Assembly: GCF_963921235.1 (NCBI RefSeq)
Contig: NC_086108.1
Coordinates: 96,040,001 to 96,104,000, forward strand
Reading direction: 5' to 3'
Length of the DNA: 64,000 bases
From: Mobula hypostoma
Taxonomy: Eukaryota
A program made the translations under genes and the position numbers. The notes under the pieces were generated by a model. The model was given only the letters and a program-made list of their open reading frames with translations, was not told the origin of the DNA and did no database searches. Numbering within the stretch: position 1 is the first letter of the stretch; each line of letters starts with the position of its first letter. Positions 38,221 to 51,600 of this stretch are shown here, one piece after another.

Positions 38221-40799
38221 TCATAGAAATTAAAAGAAAGTTGTGGAAGTTTTGACAAAGAACCTAATGCGAACTACGAGCATCGTTTTAGACTCCTTTA
38301 ATATGACATTTAGAGTTTAAGAGGCGGCCAGTGTTTTTACAACTAAGAACTGTAGGAGTGGAGATTTCATTTTAGTTATAAAGGGACAATTAAATTTATC
38401 CTGTTTTCTTATAGACCTTTATGAATTTTGCTCCTTTTTAGTTGGATTAAGATCCAGTTATAAAATCAGAAAACCACATTTGTTATTGTTAGTCTGGTTA
38501 AAAAGAGGATCACTTGAGATAAATTCAAACCTGCTCCAAGTTGGAAGGGAAAAAAGGTTGGTATCTTTTTCCAGGGGTCAAGATATCTATCTAATACTAG
38601 AGGGTATATATTTATGGTGAGAGAGGGAAAAATTCAAAGGAAATGTACTAAGCAAGTTATTTTTAGGGTGTTGGCACCTGTAACGCGCTTACAGGGGTGG
38701 TTGAGGAGGCACATACTATAGAGGTGTTTTAAGAGGTTCTGACATAGGCACAGGAACTGATGGAGGAATATGGACACTGTGCAGGAAGAAGGAATTAGCT
38801 TAATTAGGTAGTATCAGTTAATTAGTTTGACACAGTATTAATGGGCTGAAGTGGCCTGTTCCTGTGCTGAGGTACCTGGTTGATCTGAAACTTTTAAGGT
38901 ATTAAGTAGTGTGTTTACCTTTTCAACCCACTACTTAATACCTTGGATTATCAGTGATGTAGCTCGAATTTAAAGTTAAAAATGACCATTTCTGGATGAG
39001 TATCAAATCTTCACCATTCTCTGCTTCTCATCTCACTCCACTTCATTCACCAGCTTGAACATTTATTCCCTCCGTAGAGTAGTTGCACTTTGGGCCAGCT
39101 ACATATATACTCAACCAAAAGGTACATGTCTGCTATCTCCCCCTTCCATTCTCTTTAAATCCTCCTGGAGCTTATCATAACTTGCTAACCCTAACCCGTA
39201 CATCTTTGGAACGTGGGAGAAAAGCCACCCAGTTACTGTAATGTACAAACTCATTACAGACAGCGGCAGGAATTGAACCCTGATCATACGGGCTAGTGCT
39301 ATAATACTGTTATGCTGACTGCTACACTGCCGTGTTTCAGCACTTTTTGCAGATGCGATGAAAGAATGGTACAGATATCTGTATTTTTGAAGGAAAATCA
39401 GCAAGTTAGATCTTGTGAAGCAACAACAATATGCCATGCAAAATGTGCAAAGTGATGTTATTTAAATAAAACTTCAGCAAATGATTGAAAGAAACTATAT
39501 CCAATTTCAGAACCAGCATCGGTACTGAGCACAACGTTACTCTCCGGGCCATAAGGTGTAGCGTAGCCAAGGAGAGGTTGAATGCACGGGCATGGCTTCT
39601 TCCAGCAACAGCAACTAGTCAAAATTGAATGCAACCTTTTTGCAAGAAGGAGGAAAATATGTTGATTGTATTCTTATCCAATGTTTAGTCAATGTGCCTG
39701 TAATAATGAAATAGTTTACATCTTTCTCACAATATATGATGTGTTTTATGTCAGGGATGCAATAGAAAGATACTAAGGCACTGGGCCAAAACCTTGCTGA
39801 AGAGCTTTATGTTATGTTTTATTAATGGGGAGATGCCCATTAAAGGGCAAGTGTCACTTCTGATCAGTAGGCCATGAAAGAATAAAGTAACCATGGTCAT
39901 TGTCCTCTCCTGGTCCAATATCCCCAGTACTGAAGCCTTTGTTACACCAAGTCAGCTGTGTGAGGCAGAATATTTAGTTCACTTACAGGACAAAGTATGC
40001 TGAGAAGGCAGGTGTATGGGGTGGAGTGGGATCCAGGATCAGCCATGATGGAGCAGACTCAATGGGCTGAATGGCCTAATTCTGCTCCTGTGTCTTATGG
40101 TCTTATGACACCATTCTTAAAACGGTCTATGCTGAACTCTGTCAAGAAAGAAGTTTACCAGATTGATAAAGAAAAGGATCTATGGATATACTTGAAACTT
40201 CCTTGAAAAAAAAGGAATATCTGCACTGATTTTTGGGAGTTTCTGGCACAAGGTCAGTCAAAGTGCAGAAGAGGCACTCAGTTTGAGAGCCTTGAGTCCA
40301 TGCATCTTAACTCAGAAGCCCTGTGTTAGCAGCAGGAGGAAACGATTTCACAATCTACCACCACTTCAAACATCTTTCCTAACCTCTTCCTGTTAGACAT
40401 TTCTTGCTCTATCGTGTGAGATCTTCATATTGGCATCATTAGTCACCTCAGAAGCCGCAAAAATAGTGTGGAAGTAAGTTATTCTTAATCTTGGGTGTCT
40501 GTGAAAGAAGAGAAAGACAAAGATGTTTGCAAAGGGAAATTATTGATGAACGGCCCATGTAACTGAAGATCAGAATCAGACTTACATCACTAATCCATAT
40601 GATGTAAAGTTTGTTGTTTTGTGACACCAGTATGGCATTACTATAAATTACAAAAAATAAGTTGTGCAGAAAATGAATAACGTGGTAATATTCATGGACC
40701 ATTCATAAATCTGATAACAGAAAGGAAGAAGCTGTCCCTGAATTGTTGAATGCAAATCTTCAGGCTCTGGTACCCCTACTCATAGTATGAATTTTCATA

Positions 40800-41909
40800 C
40801 TACGAATGCTTTCAAAAAGGGCAATTGAATATCAAAATGATGTCTTTTTATGTTTTATTGATTTCACTAAAGCATTCGACAAAGTGCAACATGAAAAATT
40901 ATTTCAAATTCTCGCTAAACTAAACATTGACGGAAGGGACCAATAACTGCTTCAAAATTTATATTGGAACCAAACGGCGGCAGTAAAAATTGATGATAGT
41001 ATAAGCAGTTGGACTAAAGTTCAAAGAGGAGTTAGACAGGGATGCATTGCCTCATTGTAGTTATTTAATATCTATAGCGAAATGATTCTCTGAGAAATAA
41101 AAGACCTAGAAGGGATAAAAATTGGAGCTGTTAACATCAACAATATAAGATATGCAGATGATACCACCCTAACAGCAGGTGCTGCAGAAGACCTACAAAT
41201 CCTCCTAGACAAAGTAATACAAACAAGTGCAGAATTTGGTCTAACCATCAACTGTAAAAAAACCAAATGTATGGTACAGTAATATCAAAACAGCAGGATA
41301 CTCCCAACTGCCAATTGTACATCAGTAACCAAGAGGTTGAACAAAAGACCAGCTTTAATTACCTTGGTAGCTTTATATCACAAGATACTAGAAGTAAAGT
41401 AGAAATAAAAATAATTGCCATTGCCAAAACCAACTTCCAAAAAATGAAACCCATTTTTACCAACAGACACATTTCTATGACAACAAAGCTTAGGCTTCTA
41501 AAATATTACATCTGGTCTATAACACCAGAACTCCAAAAGAAACTTAGAAGCAACAGAAATGTAGTTTCTGAGAAGAATGCTGAAAATATCATATAGAGAT
41601 AGGGTAACTAATGAGACAGTACTCCGACGTGCCCGTACAATAAGATCTTTAGTGAGAACATTAAATGAGAGGAAACTTAATTTCCTGGGCCATGTCATCA
41701 GAAAGGGAGAAATAGAATGCCTTGCATTACAAGGCCGAATGCCTGGGAAACGTGGAAGGGGAAGGCAAAGAAGAAAATATATGGACACTGTGAAAGAACT
41801 AACAGATCTAAATGTGCAAAATATCATTGACGCTGTGAGGGATCGTTCGATGTGGAGAACCATGATCGCCCAAGCGTGTAATGCGCAAGGCACATGAAGA
41901 AGAAGAAGA
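40800..41909 (+). mobile_element. RTE-clade LINE 3' fragment
   Basis: FIDFTKAFDKV, GVRQGC, NNIRYADDT, FLGHVIRK...GKRGRGRQRRKYMD; (GAA)n tail. Confidence 0.85.
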
Positions 41910-42713
41910 CCCCCACTCTGAGATCTTGGAGGGACATATCTGGATAAACAGAGATGTATATATGGGGAAAAAGATCCAGGTTGACTACCATGAAAGAGAG
42001 AGGCCATTGTGCTATTTTTCCCCAAAGAATAAGTTTTCATCTTTCACTTCAGTATTCCTCTAGTCAATGACTGAATATTTTTAATTCTACCGCATCATCA
42101 GCTGTGGTCAAGACTCATCAAATATGATCCATATTTGAAGCCTGATCAAGGCAAAATAAGGATTTGTCTTTATTTGTTGAAATGCCGACACTCATATTTA
42201 AATCCACATGTGCATTTAATTTTTGAATAGTTATCCAGAGATTCCTGTTGTTTTACTGGGCTGGTTTCCCGCGGAGAAGATGAGCAGTGTTGATCAATTT
42301 CATTATGAAAGAGACAGATCAAAGGTTTAGAAACTGGCACTATGCCAGCTAAAACCTTGAATGCAAATCCTCAGTCATCTTAAAATACCTTTAATATCAG
42401 ATGAGAAAATTATAATTAGTAGCTAATCTGTGTATTGTTTTGCTTGCATATATGATAAATATGTAAAAGGTCTAATGATAGTTTTAAAGTTGATTCCCTT
42501 GGGAAACTATAACTCTCATTTATTGTGGTTTACATAATTTAATACAGAATTAGAAGTAATCTATTAAAATGAGCACTAAAAGTAGTTCCACATATTTGTT
42601 TTCCTACCCTATTTAGTTCCTCACTTTCTGAGAATAAACATCCCCGTCATATTAAAGTTGTCATTTATTCACAGTCTCCAAGCCTGTTTATGCATTTCTA
42701 TATTTTGGTGTAA

Positions 42714-43722
42714 TAGTCATAGTCATAGTCATAGTCATACTTTATTGATCCCGGGGGAAACTGGTTTTCGTTACAGTTGCACCATAAATAATTAAATAGT
42801 AATAGAACCATAAATAGTTAAATAGTAATATGTAAATTATGCCAGTAAATTATGAAATGTCCAGGACCAGCCTATCAGCTCAGGGTGTCTGACCCACCAA
42901 AGCAGGAGTTGTAAAGTTTGATGGCCACAGGCAGGAATGACTTCCTATGACGCTCTGTGCTGCATCTCGGTGGAATGAGTCTCTGGCTGAATGTACTCCT
43001 GTGCCCAACCAGTACATTATGTAGAGGATAGGAGACATTGTCCAAGATGGCATGCAACTTGGACAGCATCCTCTTTTCAGACACCACCGTGAGAGAGTCC
43101 AGTTCCATTCCCCACAACATCACTGGCCTTACGAATGAGTTTGTTGATTCTGTTGGTGTCTGCTACCCTCAGCTTGCTGCCCCAGCATACAACAGCAAAC
43201 ATGATAGCGCTGGCCACCACAGACTCGTAGAACATCCTCAGCATCGTCCGGCAGATGTTAAAGGACCTCAGTCTCCTCAGGAAATAGAGATGGCTCTGAC
43301 CCTTCTTGTAGACAGCCTCAGTGTTCTTTGACCAGTCCAGTTTATTGTCAATTTGTATCCCCAGGTATTTGTAATCCTCCACCATGTCCACACTGACTCC
43401 CTGGATGGAAACAGGGGTCACCGGTACCTTAGCTCTCCTCAGGTCTACCATTAGCTCCTTAGTCTTTTTCACATTAAGCTGCAGATAATTCTGCTCACAC
43501 AATATGACAAGTTTCCTACCCTAGCCCTGTACTCAGCCTCATCTCCCTTGCTGATGCATCCAACTATGGCAGAGTCATCCAAAAACTTCTGAAGATGACA
43601 AGACTCTGTGCAGTAGTTGAAGTCCGAGGTGTAAATGGTGAAGAGAAAGGGTGACAAGACAGTCCCCTGTGGAGCCCCAGTGTTGCTGATCACTCTGTCG
43701 GACACACAGTATTCACCCATAT
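42714..43722 (-). mobile_element. Rex1/Babar-clade LINE 3' fragment
   Basis: TGAPQGTVLSPFLF, LQLNVKKTKELMVD, YFLRRLRSFN; (GACTAT)n tail. Confidence 0.85.
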
Positions 43723-43756
43723 TATAGTCTATTGGTTCCTTAAGGTCACTATAACT

Positions 43757-44335
43757 GGGGGTAGTAGTGAAGACAAGCTCCCACTACCTATAAAATGCTC
43801 CCAATGGTGTGTGTCTCAAATAGCCTCTGACAACCAAGTCCAGCTCCTGGCCTTCACATGTGGCTTAGCTACTAAGCCCAGCGGGACTGTTTCTACCGAC
43901 AGGAGAAGGGACAAAGGAGGGTTACTGGTGCTTAGAAACCAGTCGCTTCAGCCAGATGGGGCTCATCAGGCGTGCTTGGCAGCTCATCTAGGAGATGGAA
44001 AACTTTGACCTTAGATCTCTGTTACCTTGTGCCTATACCCACTCATGGGGAAGGCTTCAGGAGTAAACCCTAAGGAAACATCCGGAGCTGGAGACCCTAA
44101 GGCAGTCCTATGTTGAGTACGATGCTGGCTGGCATTGAATCCTGTGACGCCAGTGGTGCCAAACTTTATCAGTCTCTGCCTTTCCTTTGGATTCATCAGC
44201 TGCGTGGAGAAGGGGGAGACTGCTACATAGGCAACAGCTTGTTCTCCATATTGTACTGCCCTGGCTTGCATGTCATGTAGACAACTGGGATGCAATATCC
44301 ACGGCCGACCCTGGCCAATGGAGGGTGTCAAGGTT
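43757..44335. repeat. Unclassified interspersed repeat (inverted copy at about 9560-10120)
   Basis: Shared segments such as AAGTCCAGCTCCTGGCCTTCAC.TGTGGCTTAGCTACTAAGCCCAG occur in opposite orientation. Confidence 0.65.
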
Positions 44336-45519
44336 GACTATTCACCTCCAATTAGCAAATTATTTTTAGTGCTCTGGATACAGAAATATCACGAAGGATA
44401 CAGTCAATTGGAGAACCAAGTCTGCAGCCAGGGATTGGCATCGCTGGTCTGTTTGAATCAAGTCGTGTGCCCTGGAGTTTGAATCAGATTTAGAAATGAC
44501 ATTAAACTAGGTCACAGGGAGGTAATTTAGATTTACAGCAGAAAAGTTGCTGTTTCTGACATTGCACTAAAAATTCCTCATTGTAAGAACTACACATTTG
44601 ATTGAAATATTGCATCAAAATTTTGCAAGTATTTTTGCCTTGTGCAAATAAGAGTATAGACAAAGGTTGGCCCCCGACTGAAAAATCAAAAAAAATCTGT
44701 GGCTGGGTGTAAGTGAAGAGTTAAATGTGATTCCTCCTTAGTATACGCTAAACTAAAATGGAATTCTGTAAAACAAAATGGTGTTAGCCTGGAAGCCGGA
44801 TTGTTTTGAGAAAGTTAAAAGAGTACAAGTCTACAGCCTTGAGAGTAGATAATGATGAATACATGTTTGCCTAAGGATCATTGTGCAGGTGCAGGTACCA
44901 AATAGTGCCTTATCATGAGAATGTACTGACTGACGTAAGATTTATGTTAGAGTTTTGAAGGGATCTTGAAGGATATAAAAAAGAGCACTTGCTATTTGCT
45001 GGGGGGGAAACTTTTCTTAGGTTGGGTCACGACTAGTGTTAGAGCTAAGGGTACGAGATAGGGACAAGGAGAGGGGGAGAGTGAAGTTTGTTGGATCCGT
45101 GGTTTCCCCCGGCATTCTGCAGATCAGCTCATTTAGTGGATGATAAGCATTAGTTTGTTTTCCATACTAGTACCTCATTAATTATTTGTTTTTCTTTCTG
45201 TGTTGTATGTTTTATATAACGCTAATAAAGCGATTACTTCTGGTTCAACATGTGTACAGTGATTCCTTCTTTGGCAAACACATCTGTGAATGCCCCTTGC
45301 TGAATCAGAAAAGAACACAGAATGAATTTCTTAAAATATTTTTATTAACCTGGGAGAAACTTGTAAAAGAAGGATTGAAAGAAACATGGGTATCATTAAA
45401 CTGCAGAGGGTGCAAAAAAGATTCACTGGAGGGCTGGGTGACAAGGAGAGGCTGGATCAACTGGAGCTTTTCTCCCGGAAAGGTCCAAGGGTAAGATTTA
45501 TTAAAGTCATTAGTTTCTG

Positions 45520-46385
45520 CTTTCTGCAGGGATCAATTACTACACGACTCCCTTGTCCATTCGTCCCTCCCTGGCACTTCCTCCTGGCACTTATCCTTGC
45601 AAGTGGAGCAAGTGCTACACCTGCCCCTACAAATTCCTTCCTCACTACCATTCAGGGCTCCAAACCGTCCTTCCAGGTGAGGTGACACTTCACCTGTGTG
45701 TCTACTGGGGGTCAGATACCGTGTCCGGTTCTCCCGGCGTGGCCTCCCATATATCGGTGAGACCCGACGTAGATCGAGCACCTATCTTCTGTCCACCAGA
45801 AAAAGTGGGATTGTCCAGTGTCCACCCATCTTAATTCCACTTCCCACTCCCATTCAGATATGTCTATCCATGGCCTCCTCTACTGTCGCGATGAGGCCAC
45901 ATTCAGCCTGGAGGAACAACACCTTATGTTTATGCCATCGGTCTGGGTAGCCTCCAACCTGATGGCATGAACATCGATTTCTCGAACTTATGGTAATGCT
46001 GCCCCCCGCACCCCCGCACCCCCCCACCATCCCCCCTCCCCTTTTCTCTCTCTCACCATATATCCTTGCCTGCCCATCACCTCCCTCTGGTGCTCCCCCC
46101 CCCTTTTCTTTCTTTCATGGCCTTCTGTCCTCTCCTATTAGATTCCCCCTTCTCTAGCCCTGTATCTCTTTCACAATTGATTTCCCAGCTCTTTATTTCA
46201 TCCCTTCCCCTCCCAGTTTCACCTATCACCTTGTGCTTTTCTCTCCCCTCCCCCCACCTTTTAACTCTACTCCTCATCTTTTTTTCTCCAGTCCTGCTGA
46301 AGGGTCTCGGCCCGAAACTCGACTGTACTCCTTTCCATAGACGCTGCCTGGCCTGCTGAGTTCCTCCAGCATTTTGTGTGTGTTG
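45520..46385 (+). mobile_element. Penelope-like element 3' fragment
   Basis: PGTYPCKWSKCYTCP, YIGETRRR; hammerhead-like motif at 46290-46324 with CTGCTGA mutation. Confidence 0.85.
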
Positions 46386-46949
46386 TTATTAGGGAGCATA
46401 GTAAGATTAATATCTAAAATCTTCTCTTGGGTAGGGGGAGTCTAAAACCGGAAGGGTTAAAATAGAAGGGGAGAGATTTAAAAGGAACCTGAGGGACAAC
46501 TTTTTCACTAGGGTGGTGAAAATATAGAACAAGCTGCTAGAGGAAGTGGTAGAGATGAGTATAATCATGACACTTAAAAGGCATTTGAGCAGTTGCATAG
46601 ATAGGAAAGATTTTGAGGGATATGGCCCAAACAGTGATAAATGGGACTAGCTCAGTTAGTTTGTTCAGCACAGATGGGTTTCGCTACAGTGCCCATTTTC
46701 CATTCAGTATAGCTCCATGACTAAATGACTTTTTTTATGTCTGCAATGTATTCAGAGTAAGCTTGCCAAATAAATTGAATCTAAATCCCCAATGTGAAAC
46801 TCTGCAATACTCTGGTAAGATTGTATGGTATAAATGCCCTGAAAGTACCTGTTATTACTGTTTTCAGTAATTCTGTCAAAAACTACAAAATAGTTAATGT
46901 ATATTTGGGGCAAAGTGTGCACTGAGAAAAGGTAGAAAGGTAAAAGGTA

Positions 46950-48900
46950 CAGAATAAGGTGGATGAACTGATGGAATAAGGTGGATGAACTTGTACCACA
47001 GTTACAGATTGGCATGTATGATGTTATAGGCATCACTGAATCATGGCTGAGTAAAGATTATATATACCTGGGAGCTTAACGTCCAAGGATACACATTGTA
47101 TCGAAAGGACAGGCAGGTAGGCAGATCGGATGGTGTTGCTCTGTTGGTAAAAAATGAAATCAAATCATTAGAAAGAGGTGACATAGGGTCTGAAGGTGTT
47201 GAAGCGTTTTGGATAGAGCTAAGGAATTGCAAGGGTAAAAAGATCCTGGCGGGAATTAAATACAGACCCTCGAACAGTAATAAGGATGTGGTCTACAAAT
47301 TTCAATGGTAGATAGAAAATGCGTGTCAAAAGGGCAATGTTACAACAGTAATGCGGGATTTCAATATGCAGGTAGATTGGGAAAATCCAGTCAGTGTTGG
47401 ATCCGAAGAGAGGTGATTTCTAGAATGCGTCGCGATAGCTTTTTAGAGTAGCTCGTGCTTGAGCTCACTAAAGGACCAGGTATCCTGGATTGGGTGTTGT
47501 TCAATGAACTGCAATTGACCAGAGAGCTTAAGGTAAAAGAATCCTTAGGGGAAAATGATCATAATATGATAGAATTCACCCTGAAATCCGAGAAGGAGAA
47601 GCTAAAGTTAGATGTATGAGTATTACAGTGGGAATTACAGAGGCATGAGAGAGGAGTTGGCCAAAATTGATTGGAAAAGAACACTGGCAGGGATGATGGT
47701 AGAGCAGCAATGGCTGGAATTTCTGGAAGCAATTTGGAAGGAACAGGACATATACATCCCAGAGAGGAAGAAGTACTCTAAAGGGAAGCTGACAAGAGAA
47801 GTGAAAGTGAACATAAAGCCGAAAGAGAAGGCATATAATAGAATAAAATTTAGTGGAAAATTAAAGGATTGGGAAGCTTTTAAAAACCAGCAGAAGGCAA
47901 CTATAAAACTCATTAAGAAAGTAGAGATAGAATATGAATGTAAGCTAGCCAATTATATTAAAGAGGATACCAAAAGTTTCTTTGGATACATAAAGTGTAA
48001 AAGAAAGGCGAGAGTAGATATTAGACCATAAGACACAGGAGCAGATTTAGATTATTCAGCCCATTGAGTCTGCTCTGCCATTCCATATTGGCTGATCCTG
48101 GATCCCACTCAACCCCATATACCCATCTCCTAGCCATATCCTTTGATGCCCTGACCGATCAGGAAACAATCAAATTCTGGCCTAAATATGCACACGGACT
48201 TGGCCTCCACCGTAGTCTGTGATGGTGCATTCCACAGATTTACTACTCTCTGGCTAAAAAAATTCCTCCTTACCTCTGTTCTAAAGGGTCGTCCCTCCAT
48301 TTTCAGATTGTGCCTCCTAGTTCTGGATACCCCCACAATAGGAAACATCCTCTCCACATCCACCCTATCTAGTCCTTTCAATGCTCTGTAGGTTTCAATG
48401 AGATCCCACCACATTCCTCTAAATTCCAGTGAGTGCAGGCCCAAAGCTGCACCTCCTGTTATGTTAACCCCTTCATTCCGAGAATCATCCTCACGACTCT
48501 ATTGGACCACTGGAAAGTGACGCTGGAGAGGTAGTAATGGGGGCCAATGAAATGGTGGATGAACTGAATAAGTATTTTGCCTCAGTCTTCACTGTGGAAG
48601 ACACTAGCAGTATACTGGAAGTTCGAGAGTGTCAGGGGTCAGAAGTATGTGAAGTTACCACGACTACCCAGAAGGTTCTTGGGAAACTGAAAAGCCTACA
48701 GGTAGATGTCACCTGGATCAGATGGTGTACACCCCAAGGTTCTGAAAGTGGTGGCAGAAGAGACCATGGAGGCATTAGTAATGATCTTTCAAGAATCACT
48801 AGATCCTGAAATGATTCCGGTAGACTGGAAAATGCAAATGTCACTCCATTCTTCAAGAAGGGAGAGAGGCAGAAGAAAGGAAATTATAGGCCAATTATTC
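46950..48900 (+). mobile_element. Decayed CR1 ORF2 (endonuclease region), interrupted by a minus-strand CR1 3' fragment
   Basis: GITESW, YRPSN, NYRGMREELAKIDW; inner insert 48029-48499 flanked by tattagacca/tattggacca. Confidence 0.85.
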
Positions 48901-49601
48901 TGACATTCATTTGATATTTATCTGTGGAATCCTTTGCCACAGACAGGTGTGGAGGTCAAGTCTTTACATATAGTTAAGGTAGAGGATGATAGATTATTAA
49001 TTGGTCAGGGCATGAAGGGACACGAGGGAGAAAGCAGGAGACTGGGGCTGAGAGGGAAAATGGATCAACCATGATGAAATGGCAGAGCAGACTCGATGGG
49101 CCAAATGGCCTAATTCTGCTTCTATATCTTATGGTCTTATGGTCTAATCATTCTCAGTACAAACTAGACTGAGATACCGTGTTGTGAAAATGTATGAGGC
49201 AGACACACACACCCACACACACGTGTATATATATACAGAGCTAGGGTGCCTAAGACTTTCGCACAGTACTGTGTTTGTCAACATGAAGCAGAGAGAGAGT
49301 TTGTAAATCTGGCAGGAGCAAAAGATGTTGGGAATGGCGAGGGTGGAGTGTTGTGGGAGGTGTGTGGGATAGATGGCAGAGAGGGTGTGCCATGGGTGGC
49401 AGGTTAGAGTGGGTGCAGATATAGTCAGCTCTGAGACACCAGGCAAGGTCATTTGATTCTGAACAATTGGTTTATTGATCATTACAGAATGTTTCTCCAG
49501 TGCTTCCCACTCCTTGTGCTCTCCCCTTCCCCTTTCCAGTGCTTCCATTCCCACTCTCAATAGAGACCTATATCAGAATCAGGTTTATCATCACTCACAT
49601 A

Positions 49602-50087
49602 CGAGGGGTTATTGATAAATTCATGGCCTAAGGTAGAAGGAGTCAATTTTAGAAAACCTAACACATTTATTTTTCTTACATGTACACATTTAGTCCAGCG
49701 GTCGTGGAGCATACGGATCCCGTCTTTGTAGAAGTTGGTGTCTTGGACCTCCAGAAGTGGTCCAGAGCAGGGGTGATTGGTAAGTTTGTGGCCTAAGGTA
49801 GAAGGAGATGAGTTATTAACTTCAAGCTTTCTGCATTTTCATTTAAAGAGTTGAACTGCATGTGCATGTAACGAGAGCTGTATAACTCATCTCCTTCTAC
49901 CTTAGGCCATGAACTTATCAATCACCCCTGCTGTGGACCACTTCTACAAAGAAGGGATCCATATGCTTCACGACCGCTGGACTAAATGTGTACATGCAGG
50001 AGGGGACTATGTTGAAAAATAAATGTGCTAGGTTTTCTAAAATTGACTCCTTCCACCTAAGGCCACGAACTTATCAATCACCCCTCT
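49602..50087. mobile_element. Mariner-like fold-back MITE with long inverted arms
   Basis: TA|CGAGGGG...CCCCTCT|TA; the two halves are reverse complements; the terminal motif is repeated internally. Confidence 0.85.
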
Positions 50088-50924
50088 TATGTCATGGAAT
50101 GTGTTTTTTGCAGCAGCATTACAGTGCAATACATTAAATTACTATGGTACTGTACAGTATACTTAATTTTATTGAAATTAAAACTAGAACTACATGCAAG
50201 AGTTCAAACTGGATAGGGAATGGGATGTGACTCTGAGCAGGAGTAAGTCTTGGGATAAGGCGGTAACCAGACAGCAAATCTAGTAATCAGGATAGCCAGG
50301 GACCCACAGAAAAGGCAGGGAAAGGTATACTTAGTTAAACTGTAACCACAAGAGATTCTGCAGGTGCTGGAAATCTTGAGAAACACGCACAAAAATGCTG
50401 GTGGAACTCAGCATCCATACAGAGGAATGAACAGTTGACATTTCGGGCTGAGACTCTTCATCAGGACAGGAATGGCAGTCTCACCCATGCCCATCACCTC
50501 CTTCTGCTTCCCCTTCTCCTTTCTTCCTTGGTCCACTGTTCTCTTCTGTCAGATTCCTTCTTCTTCAGCCCTCTACCTTCAGCAATAGTTGCCCATTCTG
50601 ACATAGATGTATTAAGCAAATTATGTAAAATTATAGGACTTAGTTTTGTGTCCAAAGGCAGCAATGTGTCCAGCTAGAAGATGAAGTGTTGAACCTCAAG
50701 CTTGTCTTGGTCCTCATCGTAACAGTGCTGGACACCACAGACAGGCACAGTTGGAGTAAAATGGAGAGTTGAAGTGACAAGCAATGGGAAACTCAGGATT
50801 GCTCCTATTGAGTAAATATTGGTGTTCTATGAAGCAATCAGCCAATATGCTTTTGATTTCTCCAGTAGGAGACCAGTTAGATTCAGATTCAAGTTAGTTT
50901 TGAATACTTTGCTTCAGTATTCTC

Positions 50925-51600
50925 TGTTCACTATGGAAAAGGATCTTGGCGATTGTAGAGATGACTTACAGCGGACTGAAAAGCTTGAGCATGTAGACAT
51001 TAAGAAAGAGGATGTGTTGGAGCTTTTGGAAAACGTCAAGTTGGGTAAGTCGCCGGGACCAGATGAGATGTTCCCCAGGCTACTGTGGGAGGCAAGGGAG
51101 GAGATTGCTGAGCCTCTGGTGATAATCTTTGCATCATCAGTGGGGACAGGAGAGGTTCCAGAGGATTGGAGGGTTGCGGATGTTGTTCCATTATTCAAGA
51201 AAGGGAGTAGAGATAGCCCAGGAAATTATAGACCAGTGAGTCTTACTTCAGTGGTTGGTAAGTTGATGGAGAAGATCCTGAGAGGCAGGATTTATGAACA
51301 TTTGGAGAGACATAATATGATTAGGAATAGACAACATGGCTTTGTGAAAGGCAGATCATACCTTATGAGCCTGACTGAATTTTTTGAGGATGTGACTAAA
51401 CACATTGATGAAGGTAGAGCAGTAGATGTAGTGTATATGGATTTCAGCAAGCTACCCCATGCAAGGCTTACTGAGAAAGGAAGGAGGCATGGGATCCAAG
51501 GGGACATTGCTTTGCGGACTCAGAACTGGCTTGCCCACAGAAGGCAAAGACTGGTTGTAGAAGGGTCATATTCAGCATGGAGGTTAGTTCTGGGACCCCT
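50925..51600 (+). mobile_element. CR1 RT internal fragment
   Basis: KSPGPD, PEDWRVADVVPLFKKG, NYRPVSLTS, YMDFSK. Confidence 0.88.
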
